Shown here: positions 45,529 through 64,000 of the stretch, in pieces
Layout: each line of letters begins with the position of its first letter
How positions within the stretch are numbered: position 1 is the first letter of the stretch
Assembly: GCF_009914755.1 (NCBI RefSeq)
Contig: NC_060936.1
DNA: 64,000 nt
Origin: the human T2T-CHM13v2.0 reference genome, Homo sapiens
Strand: one strand, 5' to 3'
Notes under the pieces: model-generated
Told to the model about the DNA's origin: nothing
The model's input: the letters and a program-made list of their open reading frames with translations, nothing else
The model's database searches: none
Translations under genes and position numbers: made by a program

Positions 45529-46316
45529 ACCAGGTGCAATGGCTCATGCCTGTAAGCCCAGCACTTAGGGAGGTTGAGGCGCGAGGATCACTTGAGCACA
45601 GGAGTTTGAGACCAGCCTGGACAACACGATGAAATCCCATCTCTACTAAAAATACAAAAACTAGGCCAGGCATGGTGGCTCACACCTGTAATGCCAGCAC
45701 TTTGGGAGGCTTAGGCGGGTGAATCACGAGGTCAGGAGTTCAAGACCATCCTGGCCAATGTGGTGAAACCCTGTCTCTACTAAAAATACAAAAATTAACT
45801 GGGCGTGGTGTGCGCCTGTAATCCCAGCTACTCAGGAGGCTGAGGCAGGAGAATCGCTTGAATCCAGGAGGCAGAGGTTACAGTGAGCTGAAATTGCACC
45901 ACTGCACCCCAGCCCGGCAACAGAGCGAGAGTCTGTCTCAAAAAAAAAAAAAAAAAAAAATTAACTGGGCATGGTGGTACACGCCTGTAATCTCAGCTAC
46001 TCAGGAGGCTGAGGCAGGAAAACTGCTTGAACCGGAACTGGGGAGGCAGAGGTTGCAGTGAACTGAGATTGAGCCACGGCACTCCAGCCTGGGCTACAGA
46101 GTAAGACTCTGTCTCAAAAAAAAAAAAAAAAGAAAAAGAAAAACCAGCTGGGTGTGGTGGGTGGTGCATGCCTGTAGTCCCAGCTACTTGGGAGGCTAAG
46201 GTGAGAGGATCACCTGAGCCCAGGAGGCAGAGGTTGCAGTAAGCCAAGATTATGCCACTGCACTCCAGACTGGGTGACAGAGCAAGACCCTGTCTCAAAA
46301 AAAAAAAAAAAAAAAA
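45529..46316 (+). mobile_element. Alu pile-up: left arm, AluS, two right arms
   Basis: Alu consensus; outer repeat aaaa(a/g)gatataaa. Confidence 0.8.
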
Positions 46317-47286
46317 GGATATAAAAGAACACCTGGATAAATGGAGAGACAGTCTCTGGATCAGAGGACTCAACATAAAATTAAAAATTAAAAACAGGAA
46401 AATCTCTTCCAATTAATCTATGCATTCTGTGAAATACAAAGGAATTCTTAACAGTATTTATGCATACACACATATACTATAGATAGATATATAGATAATA
46501 GATAGAGTGAAAAGAAATCCAAAATAGAGATGATTATGTCAGAGGTCTCTAAAAAGGAGCCAAGAGGGCATAAGGAGTTGGGAGTTGAACCCCAGTCACG
46601 TACACACCCAGAAGGAATTTGACCTCTTTGAACTGAGCCAAATTTAAAACTTCTTTAAGAAGCAGCTGTATTTGATTTGAACTATTTACACCAGGTCTAA
46701 TCACCAACCTCCTGAGGAGACAACTGTGCTGAATTAAGCTCATTACTGCCTAGAGACATACAAGCTGTCAATCAACCATTGTCAATCATGGATTGTGCTA
46801 AAATTTTCAACTTGTGTAAACTTGCAAGAAACCTTTATAAGCCCCTGCCCAGTCTTGTCTGAATGGAACAGATTTGTGTCTCCTAAATTGCAAGTCATGA
46901 AAGACCCCAATTAAAATACCTTTTTTTTTTTTTTTTTTTTTTGAGACAGGGTCTCTTGCTCTGTCACCTAGCCTGGAGCACAGTGACACAATCTTGGCTC
47001 ATTGCAACCTCCACCTCCCAGGCTCAAGTGATCCTCCCACCTCAGCCTCCCAAGCTGGGACTACAGGCATGCGCCACCGTGCCCAGCTAATTTTATTTTT
47101 TGTAGAGACAATGTCTTACTATGTTGCCCAGGCTGGTCTCTAACCCCTGGGTTCATGTGATCCTCCCACCTAAGCCTCCCAAAGTATTGAAATTACAGGC
47201 ATGAGCCATCATGCTGGGCTAAAATATCTTCTCTTTTGTTTGCTGATCCACAGCGTTGGTTTTATTTCTTATTAGTTTATATTACG

Positions 47287-47304
47287 TGGTGTCAGAAGTG
47301 GGAT
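47287..47304 (+). promoter_or_regulatory. Primer-binding site complementary to tRNA-Leu(CAA)
   Basis: TGGTGTCAGAAGTGGGAT is the reverse complement of ATCCCACTTCTGACACCA. Confidence 0.8.
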
Positions 47305-47762
47305 ACAGAGCAGTTCCCTCTTGATCTCTGATGCCACCATGGACCCAAGCAAAGGTACCTGCAGGACGCTTTTGCACTCCATTGATCTTGATAGCCCTGG
47401 AATTCACTGGGTGAGTCCTCTTGTGTTCTAAACCTCCTGACATGGTTCAGATTGAGGCCTTTTTTCAGGTGTTTTCTGTTGCCACTTTTAATTACAAGGA
47501 TGGCTTCATTGTTTTGGGGAGTGTCTCAAATAAGAACCTATGAGGGAAAGAAAAAAATTATATTTTCTCCTCTACAATTTGGCAACTCAGTTGGGACCAA
47601 TAGAGACACTCCACTCACTCCAAGACCTATAAGTGGAATCCTGGGAGAACTTGCAGAAGCCAATATAAATAGGTAGGATTTTTATGAAAGTCAGCTTCTC
47701 CCAGACTTCTTTTTTTTTTTTTTTTTTTGAGACAGAGTCTCCCCCTGCTGCCCAGGCTGTAG

Positions 47763-47948
<186 letters not shown>

Positions 47949-48625
47949 TGATCCACCTGCCTCGGCCTCCCAAAGTACTGGGATTATAGGCGTGAGCCAC
48001 TGCGCCCAACTAGCTTCTCCCAGACTTCTATTTGTGGTACCTGGTCAAGAGAGGAAGGTAAAAAATTTCCCTGTTTCTTCTTTTCCAGGTTCAGATTGGC
48101 AGGAAAAAAAAATTACAAATAAAAAACAATTAGTTTTTTGAAATGTGACTCTTGTGAATCTGCTTCAGGTACTGTTGGTTATTGTTCTTTAGTTTCCAAA
48201 GATGGTCTTTATTTCCCTTGTCGCTCTCTTTTTGTAGGGCTTCTCATAAGGAGGAAAAATCATAAGATTCTCCTTTCATCCTGCTTAATTTCTTGAGAAG
48301 CTTGGCTTTGTCACCAGCAAATTTATTCTCCAGTCTCTACCACCTCAGAGAGCGTACATTGTTGAGCTTATGTCAGATGGCCAGCTGTGAGTCCAGCCGG
48401 GGGTCTGAAATGTCTGTTTTTTCAAATGTGTCATCTCTCAGGGAAATTTGTCTTAATTGTCTCAACCTTCATTGCCTTGATAATGAGGGTCTTTACTTTC
48501 TTAGGCTATCTTCAGAAGAAATTTCAGATCTTGAGGGGAACTGCATACTTGCACCCTCTTCAGGCATAATTTATGCATCTGATTATATACCATAAAAAGG
48601 CTTACAGGTTTTGAGTCCCAGTTAG

Positions 48626-48805
<180 letters not shown>

Positions 48806-50080
48806 TAAAAAAAATTTTTGTAGAGATGGCTTTCTCACTATATTCCCCATACTGGTTTCAGACTCCTGGACTCAGAGATCCTCCAGCCTTGGCCTCCCAA
48901 AGTGCTAGGACTATAGGCATGAACCAATGCACCTGGCCAACCTTTGGAAATTTGGACTGTTAACGGCTAAAACTTTTTTTTCTGGAGAGTTCTCCTTTAA
49001 CACCCGCAGAAAATTCTTTAAATGTTCAAATTGCCTGCTCAACTTTGCTGCAGGATTTACTAAAGTCACTCCAGCATTTTCCAGGCCTTTCTCAGTCCTT
49101 TGGAGATGTAAACCTTACCATGTTTTTGAAATGTTAGCATTTAGGGAATTAGCTAAGCAGCATTCCAGCGAGATTGGATTTGAAACAGAGCTAAAGTTCT
49201 CCGGACCAACCAAAAAATTCCTTTCCTCAGGGGATGTCTTTAGCTCAGGGGAGAAACATTTATAAGAATTAGCTTGGTTAATTGTTTTGAATTTTTGGTG
49301 TGACTCTTGAGGTTTTGGGGTGCCCATTTGTAATTCTTTCCACCCCCATGGGCAGCTTTTGTTTTCCTCTTTTAGTGACTGTCTCTTCTCATTGTCTGTC
49401 TGCTGGGCACACAAGGGAAGGTCTGCCTTTGTGGAAGGTCTGGCAGACACTGGGCTGAAAAGCTGAGGCCATAGAGAATATGGTGAACAAATGTGGGGTT
49501 GCACCCCAATTGTTGCTAGGGAAGCTTTCTCTAAGCTGTCCTTGGGAGGGTCTGGATCCTGTAAGGGCTGCTAACTTTTGCTCCCTCTTTGGGAAACTTG
49601 ATTAAAGCCAAGTTTTAATGAAGGGCTTGGTTTAAAAGGGCTTCTTGGTTTGGGTCTCCTGTGTGTTTATTTGTGTTGGTTTTCTCATTTGTTCAGGTAT
49701 ACCTTTGATTTTAAACATCGGTTTATATTTTAAATATAAAATATTTATATAGTTTATATTTAAATTTATGAAATTTATAAATTTATGAAAACTTTTTGTT
49801 CCTTTGTTTGTTCAGCCTTCTCTCCTGAGCTAAATGGAACCACATACTCAACAAGTTTATTAAAACATTTCAAAGACAACAGCTTTAAATAGTGATTATT
49901 CTAGTGCTGGGCATGGTGGCTCACGCCTGTAATCCCAGCACTTTGGGAGGCTGAGGCGAGCGGATCACTTGAGGCCTGGAGTTTGAGACCAGCCTGGCCA
50001 ACATAGTGAAATCCTGTCTCTACTAAAAGCACAAAAATTACCCAGGCATGGTGGCACGCGCCTGTAGTCCCAGCTATTCA

Positions 50081-50215
<135 letters not shown>

Positions 50216-52548
50216 CTAGACCTCTAATAGGCAAATATACCCCCACCCCTGCAAAAACAAACAAACAAAAAACAACAAAAACAAAAAGCTTCTTCTTGGT
50301 GCAAATTTCAGAAATGAAGCCAAGAAATAGGAATGTTTGCTATTTGTCCATCTAAAATCTGGTCAAAAGATTTTTTTTAAGAGCTCTACAGTCAAAATCG
50401 ACTTTTGACTTTTGACTTTTTAGAGCATGAGAATCCCTTGAACTTGGGAGGCAGAGGTTGCCATGAACCGAGATCGTGCCCCTGCACTCCAGCCTCGGTG
50501 ACAGAGTGAGACTCTGTCTCAAATAACCAAACAAACAGAGCCAAAAGTATATAAGCTTAAACTCGAATTTAGTAATTAATGTCTTAGCATTATATCTTAT
50601 TTGGAAATGACCTAGATATTCAATGACTATCCATAATTTAATTTAGCTTAGCAAAATTCTAAAGGTAACCATTTTTTATTACTGTATGTTAGGTAAATAT
50701 CATAAAAGTAAGAAACTTAAAGTTAAATACATGCATGTTTTGCTGACAACTCAGGAGACATAATTGTTTTTATTAAACCAACAATATTAAACTAGCCTTG
50801 TCTACCAAAAGATTTACTAAAGTCACATAAACTTAAAAAATATTTCAACTTATTTATGAGCACTCATTTATTTTTAAGTTAATTTGGTACCATGTAGACA
50901 ATACACAAACATATGTATAGACATATAAATACATGTAGATACAACATATATCATACACATGTATGTGTCTATTTGGCTTTGTTTCTTTGTTTGGGACATG
51001 GTCTCGCTATGCTGTCCAGGATGGCCTCAAACTCCTGAGTTCAAATGATCTTTCTGCCTCAGCGACCTGAGTACCTGGGATTATAGCCATGTGCCACTAT
51101 GCCCAACTCACATGTATGTATCTAAAAGCCAAAAGGATCAAGGTTAAATATGAAAAAGAGTAGAGAGTTAGACCTGAGAGGAACCTATCCACCCACAGCT
51201 CTTGGGGCTCTACGAGGAAAACAGTGATCCTCCCACCCCCAGAAAAGGAATATGTGGCCTTCAAGGGGTCCTCAAGGAGACCCAGGACTATTATAAGTCT
51301 TCGTTACCAGCTGGGCTCAGTGGCTCATGCCTATAATCCCAGCACTTTGGGAGGCTGAGGTGAGAGTATTGCTTGAGGCCAGGAGTTCAAGACCAGCCTA
51401 GGCAACACAGCGAGACCCTCTTTCTACAAACAATTAACAAAAATTCAATAATATTAAACAAAAATAATAAAACATAGTTGTTAGTTGCCCTCATGTGGTA
51501 GCAAAGGTGGCAAGAGGAAGGAGGGATATAAATGGAAGAACAAGTCTTAGAGGAGCCAGTTTGAGGTCTTGTTCCCAAAAAGCCAAATAAATTTTACATT
51601 ATCCTTGGCAAAATTAATGTCAACAAGAAAAAAAGCAGAGAGGTGGAGCACATATAGTCAGCTGGAGTTTAAGAGGAGAGGAATTCAGGCTGGGTGAGAT
51701 GGCCCACACTTTGGGAGAACAAGGTAGGAGGATTGCTTGAGGCCAGGAGTTCAAGACCAGCATGGGCAACATAGTGAGACGAAGTCTCTACAAATATATA
51801 TTTTTTTGATTAGCCAGCATGGCAGCATGCATTTATAATCCCAGCTATCTGGAGGCTGAGGCAAGAGGATCCCTCGAGCCCCAGAGTTCGAGGCTGTAGT
51901 GAACTATGATTACACCACTGCACTCCAGCCTGGGTGATAGAGTGAGACCCTCTCTCTCTCAAAAAAAAAAAAAAAAAAAAGATTTATATGTATTATATAT
52001 GTATAAATACATAGCCTAAATATCAACTTTTACTTAAATTATACAGGAGGTATTTCATTGTCAAATAAGAAATAACGTTTTACCTTCTTGAAGTTGTATT
52101 TGTATAAATGCATTTTTAATATGTGTTCCAAAATTGTATAAAATTTCTAAAAAGATCTGATATATCTTGGTATGTGTTATCAGTCATAATTCTAATTATT
52201 GTGTTAAATTGTTGACACCACAGAAATAACCATACTTCCTTATCAGTTCCATCATTAATCATGACTATTCTCTTTTGTCATCCACAGGCAATTGTTATTT
52301 TACCTTGTTTTTTTTTTTTTTTTTTTTTTTTTTGAGGCTGAGTCTCACTCTGTCGCCCAGGCTGGAGTGCAGTGGCACGATCTCAGCTGACTGCAAGCGC
52401 TCCGCCTCCCGGGTTCATGCCGTTCTCCTGCCTCAGCCTCCCAAGTAGCTGGGATTACAGGTGCCTGCCACCACGCCTGGCGAATTTTTTGTATTTTTAG
52501 TAGAGACTGGGTTCCACCATTTTGGCCAGGCTGGTCTTAAACTCCTGA

Positions 52549-53025
<477 letters not shown>

Positions 53026-53674
53026 TAACAAGCATTCTTGAATACAGATTTTTTATAATTTTTGAGATCATACCATTGGACTAGGTAAAAACTTCCAGAA
53101 CTCTAATGAGTAAACTAAAGTGTTCATGAAGATTCCTAATCCGACATCAAGAAAAACAAGAATTAATTACATGGGACTCAACTGATGAAGAATTGAAATT
53201 TTTTATGAGTTCTTTTTATCTGAAGCATTCCACATTCTTTATATTTTGTTCTTCAGAGTCAAGGAAAATTTTATTCTTCTTTAAGCTATTTATAGCTTAG
53301 ATCAATTGGGTAAAGTAGACTTTTGTGAGCAGAATTGAAACATTTGCATTTCTGTCTACCTGGTCCCTTCAGAATTTGGAAACCATTTGTGATTAATCTT
53401 CTTTTATGGCAATATAGTCATTTGCATAAGTTCAATAACAATTTGCTGTCTTTGTAGGAAGAGACATTAGACCCAACAAAACTCCTTAGAATCCCTAGCA
53501 TGTGAAAGATTAGATAATAGAAGAGTTTCAGATTATTTACTCAGTGCTCAAGGAGGAGTCTGCTATATCCAACACCTCTTGTTCTGCTTGGGTAAATAAA
53601 AAATTCAAGGCTGGGTGCTGTGGCTCACACTTCTAATCCCAGCACTTTGGGAGGCCAAGGCAGGCAGGAGTTCA

Positions 53675-53899
<225 letters not shown>

Positions 53900-54129
53900 T
53901 CAGGTAGTACTGGAAACCTCGAAGATTCCAAGATTAGTCAGATCCTTAAAAGGTATACCTTCTGGTAGTCTTTTTAATTGGGTTAATCTTGAATTTTCTG
54001 ATCTTTTTTGTTTGCTTCCTACAGTTATTGGAAATATTTTAAGATCTGGGTTCCAACTTATCCTGTTATTCTTGTTTGTGACCCTAGTCATGTTTATCCT
54101 CGTTAAACTATATTCTTGTTAAATGGCTT

Positions 54130-54855
54130 TGAGGTAGTCTTGTTGCCTGAGGTATTACCTGGAGCTCTTTGTCTCATGACCAAGAAGAGTAAGGAATGTG
54201 GACACCAAGGGTGAGTTTAGAGCAAAAGTTTAATAAGTGAAAGAGGAAAGCTCTCCACTGCAGAGAGGGGACCTGAGAGGGTTGCCATTTCACAATTGAG
54301 TACAAAAGCTGTTATGAAGAACCCAGAGGAACCAGATGGGTCTGGGCATTTCATTTGCATAACTGAAATTGCATAAGTTGTGAATTTCTGGTAGATCCAC
54401 CCTGTACCCCTAGTGTGCTCGCTGACTGGTGGTTGTCTTTAGAAAAGGCACCACTTAGAAAATGGCATGATGGTGTAAAGGACCAACTGGAGCCTTGGCT
54501 CACAACCAGCCTAGTGTTGGAGTGATGATTCATAGAGGTTTGGCTCACAGTCCAAAGTATGCCCAAAAAAGGAAAGGAATGTACTCACCACAGCCCACCA
54601 TCTACATGCCCACAGAAGGAAAAGAAACTATTTCCTGGAAGGCTGCTGCTTACACAAAGAACAAAGGTGCTTCTATGTTGGGCCTTGCTTCCTTATCTGT
54701 GCAGCTATGGGTATATCCTAGGCAAGCTGCCTGTGCTAGTGCCCTTATCTGTATCTGTAGCCTGAGTTTTCAGGTTGTTCCTTTGTTTGAAAGAATTCTA
54801 CAGAGCACCTGCCCTAACCGCCTTCCTAGCTGGTTCTTTCTTTTCTCCTCTCTCA
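54130..54855 (-). mobile_element. ERV1 solo LTR (LTR25/LTR9-related) nested in the provirus
   Basis: TG...CA termini, TSD GCTT (54126-54129, 54856-54859). Confidence 0.7.
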
Positions 54856-55134
54856 GCTTGATGCCACACTGTTGCTGTCAACGAAACTAAAATTATGGTG
54901 GCTCAACACATTGAACTGACAGATCAGGCCTACAATCATGAATCCTACCCTAACCACATATGTGCACCACAATTGGGGCCCACATCCTCAACTCCTCCTT
55001 GTTGCTCAAATTTGGACTATTCCATTTGACACAGATCATCCACTATCATTACTATGACTCCCTCCTCCATGGGACATGACTTCCTGGGACAAATCTATTC
55101 CAGAACCAAAGGGCTTACTGAAATAATTGATCTC

Positions 55135-55456
<322 letters not shown>

Positions 55457-56313
55457 CTAAGGAAATATTTAAATCAAAAGGGGGAAATCTGAAAAGAAAT
55501 CCAAAATGGAGATGATTATGCCAGAGGTCTCTAAAAAGGAGCCAGGAGGGCATAAGGAGTTGGACCCCCATCACCCATATACTCAGATGAAATTTGACAT
55601 GTTCAAATTGGACCAAATCACAAACATCCTAAAGAAGCAGCTTAATTTGATGTGAACTGTTTACACTGGGCCTGATCACAAATCTCCTGAGAAGACAGCT
55701 GTGCCAAATTAGGTCGTTCATCACCAAGAGACATCTAAGCTGTCAATCAGCCATTGCCAATCATAGACTGTGCTAAAATTTTCCACTTATATAAACTTGC
55801 CAGGAACCTTTATAAGCCCCTGCCCAGCTTGTCTGTATGGAATGTGATTTAGCTGCTTGCTCGATTTGTGTCTCTCAAATTGCAATTTATAAAAGATCTC
55901 AATTAAAATACCTTCTCTCATATGCTTGTCTGCAGTGTTGGTTTTACTTCTTATTAGTTGCCAATAGATAAAAAATGGACATGCACAAAAATTGATTCTA
56001 TATTTATCTAGGATGAATTGTTCAATAAATAGTATTGTGACAACTGAGTAGCCAGCTGGAAAACGAGAGTTGAACTCCTACAGCTTACCTTCCATTACAG
56101 TTAATTCTAGGTGGCTCAAAGATGTAAACATTTTGCAAAGTTGTAAATCCATAATGAAAACAAGGAAAAGATGTACATCCTCTTCCCAAGCATGCTAAAG
56201 TCTTAAGCAGGCATTACATAAAATAGGAATTACAAATAGCAAACAGTTAAAGCTGTTATCCCCCATAGTGAAGAGGAAAGCCACAAAGTTATCTGTGTTA
56301 TCCACCAGAATGA

Positions 56314-56941
<628 letters not shown>

Positions 56942-57174
56942 TTAGTTGCCTTTGGAGAAGCAAACTGGATGGCTGAGATGCAGAATTGGGAGTGTGATTA
57001 ATTTTTCCTTTTATTCTTTTGACCATGCCTAGATTCTACCAGTTAAAAATAATATAAATTATTAATAAAAACATGAAGAGTTGATTAACATACATCACAT
57101 ATTTTGAGTACAGGGATAAATATGGGAGACATGCTGTCCCAGATATCAAAATATAAAGCTATCAAAACATTGTT

Positions 57175-58024
<850 letters not shown>

Positions 58025-58099
58025 AATTGCTTGATTTTTGATACCATGCCAGATCATTTTCCAAGTCCACTTGCCCGAATGTCACACTCGTAAGAAATG

Positions 58100-59685
<1,586 letters not shown>

Positions 59686-60625
59686 AAGAACCAACATCTG
59701 ACGAAGGTACAGAAAAACTACTGCACTACTGCTCTATAAGATTAGAAATTAATCTGTAAACATTGATACATTGTTAGGATGCTTTTGCCACCTGATAGAG
59801 ACATTAATTCCAAATGTTCCAGGTCTTTATTGTCCTGAGAAAGTTAAGCAATCTTATAACTAATTTAGCAAATTTGTGTAAGGATTTTGCCTTTCAATAT
59901 GAATGTATGTTCAAAGACAAAGGTCTGGAAAGATATGCACAAAATAAAATTAAACAGTGGTTATTTCTGGGGAGGAAAGTAGGAAATTGAATTTTTGCAA
60001 CTTTTTGTACTTTTGTATTTTTCAGAAGTTCTTGTTTTTAAAATGTCAATGTAAAAGCACACACACAATAAATGTCTCCATGAACTCTTTGTCCACGACT
60101 AGAGAAATGGTTTAGTAAACTATATTTCTTTTCCTTGGAAACATATTCAATCATTAAAATTATGTTTATAAGGATTACATTATAACATGTAATTAAAGAA
60201 AGGGAAAACTATGCACAGAAAAGTTATAGGAGGAAAAACACCAGTGCATTAATTATATTGATAATATTTTATTTTTTTAAGTATTCTTATCTAATGAGAA
60301 TGTAACATTTTTGTAATAAGGAAAATGTTAGTAAAAACAAAACACAGCATGTTTCAGCATGCCCTGACTCTTCTTTGAGGATATGTGATACAATAGATTG
60401 GCCTTTTGTGACTTTTACAAAAGGTTGTAGTTTTTGTTCCCTCCACACTTAAGAATTTTATCTCACATCATGAATATCTGACTTCTGGCTTTTTTTTTTT
60501 TTTTTTTTAAGGTAAGCAAGCTAACATTTAAAACTGTGATTAAATAAGAGTATCTTTCAAGGTTTGGCTAAGGAGAGCTAACATTTCCGTGCTGTGCTGT
60601 TAATCAAAGGAACTTCTTCAGCTGG

Positions 60626-60880
<255 letters not shown>

Positions 60881-60887
60881 TGAAACA

Positions 60888-62388
<1,501 letters not shown>

Positions 62389-62473
62389 TGAATAAAGTCA
62401 AAACACCTATGGGGTAAAAATTCCTCATTCTGAAGGCACCAGGTAAAGATTATGCTCTTTGGAGAGACAAGAT

Positions 62474-63668
62474 AGAAACTGCCATTGCAAAATTATAACT
62501 GAGAAAATTATGACAGTAAAGGAGATCTGAGCTAACCAACTCCATCTTGCTTCAAGCTATCCAATTTGACTCCTGGGTGTACGTAGAACTAACTCAGGGA
62601 GGAACTCAATTTATAGTTTAACTTTCCCCAAACAAACTTCCTTCCTGCTTGGGGACTAGACTGCCTTTGTAGGACTAAAAAATTCGCCACGAGATCAGAA
62701 ATTATGGTTTAGGAGTTATGCAGCTGGAGGCTACAAGATTCTGACTGTCCTCAAATTTCTCCTGGGGATAACATTACTATTGTAAAACATAAGATTAGTG
62801 CTTGAGACATTTTGCAGACCGTACACTTGATGGATCAGCTGGCACTACCTAGCTTGGTAAACTGGCTCATCTAATCTTGTAGCCCCCGCCCAGGACCTGA
62901 CTCAAGCAAAAGGACAGCTTTGACTCCCTGTGATTTCATCTCTGACCCAACCAATCAGCACTTGCAACCCACTGGCTTCCCCACCCACCAATTTATCCTT
63001 AAAAACTCTGATCACCACGAGGTCAGAAGTTTGAGACCAGCCTGGCCAATGTGGTGAAACTCCATCTCTACTAAAAATACAAAAATCAGCCATGCATGGT
63101 GGAGCACACCTGTAGTCCCAGCTACTCAGGAGGCTGAGTCAGAAGAATTGCTTGAACCTGGGAGGCAGAGATTGCAGTGAGCCGAGATCGTGCCACTGCA
63201 CTTCAGCCTGGGCAACAAAGTGAGACTCCATCTCAAAAAAAAAATAAAAAATAAAAAACAAAACTCTGATCACCAAATACTCGAATGCTTGGGGAGACTG
63301 ATTTGAGTAATAATAAAACTCTGATTTCCCACACAGCCAGGTCTTCATGAATAATTCTTTCTCAGGCTGGGCGCCATGGCTCATGCCTATAATCCCAGCA
63401 CTTTGGGAGGCTGACACAGGTGGATCGCTTGAGCTTAGGAGCCTGGGCAACATGGCGAAACCCTGTCTCTACTGAAAACACAAAAATTAGTGGGGTGTGG
63501 TGGTGTGCACCTGTGGTCCCAGCTACTTGGGAGGCTTATATGAGAGGATCACTTGAACCTGGGAGATGGAGGTTGCAATGAGTTGAGATCATGCCACTGC
63601 ACTCCAGCCTGGGCGACAGAGTGAGACTGTCGAGGCAGCGAGCAAGGTGAACCCACTGGGTGGTTACA
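62474..63668 (+). mobile_element. LTR8 solo LTR containing two Alus (~63016-63258, ~63364-63630)
   Basis: gaaactgccattgcaaaattataactgag start, ggttaca end, TSD AGAT. Confidence 0.85.
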
Positions 63669-63699
63669 AGATGGCACAGAGTTTATAAGTAGAAATTCT

Positions 63700-63960
63700 C
63701 TTGACTGCACAGCTTTCCATAGTCTAGCAATGTGCCCTTGGGAAAATGTATTCATCTCTTCGAGCTCAATGTCTTCACCTGTACAATGGTGTTCTGGTGA
63801 AGATCAAGTGAGATAAGGCACACTTAGCAAAATGCCTGGCACATGGCACAAAATTTTGTATTCCTCTTCAGATGTTTATTTCATAAGTATATGGACTCCT
63901 ACTATCAGTCAGTTTGACCAGAGAAACATAAACACTATGAGTAACAGAGTATGGTTTACG
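63700..63960 (+). mobile_element. MIR and L2-like fragments
   Basis: gcaatgtgcccttgggaaa...cacctgtacaatgg...cacttagcaaaatgcctggcacatgg. Confidence 0.55.
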
Positions 63961-64000
63961 ATAGAGATTATGAGGATTTATCATAGGGATTAGAGTATAG

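Noticed and set aside
47287-47304. tRNA-like sequence
   Set aside because: Only the 18-nt PBS complement; no tRNA gene body

Overview
Primate (very likely human) non-coding DNA with no recognisable protein-coding exon. The window is dominated by Alu elements (several dozen copies and fragments), ERV1/ERVL/MaLR solo LTRs, old L1/L2/MIR fragments and DNA-transposon relics, often nested several levels deep. Nearly all ORFs in the supplied track are Alu- or LTR-derived artefacts. Real coding remnants are a 3'-truncated processed IMPACT pseudogene (~24975-25364), a processed RPLP2 pseudogene (~29445-29820), the decayed integrase tail + env + LTR19 of a HERV-FH19-type provirus (~37972-41473), an ERVL gag/protease remnant (~19690-20960), and a two-LTR MER4-group provirus with a tRNA-Leu PBS and PPT (46508-55963). 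The most unusual signals are: (1) an AluY at 58421 whose 5' extension copies the flank of another AluY 51 kb upstream (7535-7569), suggesting a local source/daughter pair with 5' transduction; (2) a 748-bp non-TE-like insert bounded by a 14-bp target-site duplication (6293-7040); (3) a ~65-bp-arm AT-rich palindrome broken by an Alu; (4) an apparent internal inversion with a fold-back junction inside the provirus; and (5) several small template-switch scars. Repeat subfamily names come from recalled consensus sequences, not a database search, and many boundaries are approximate.
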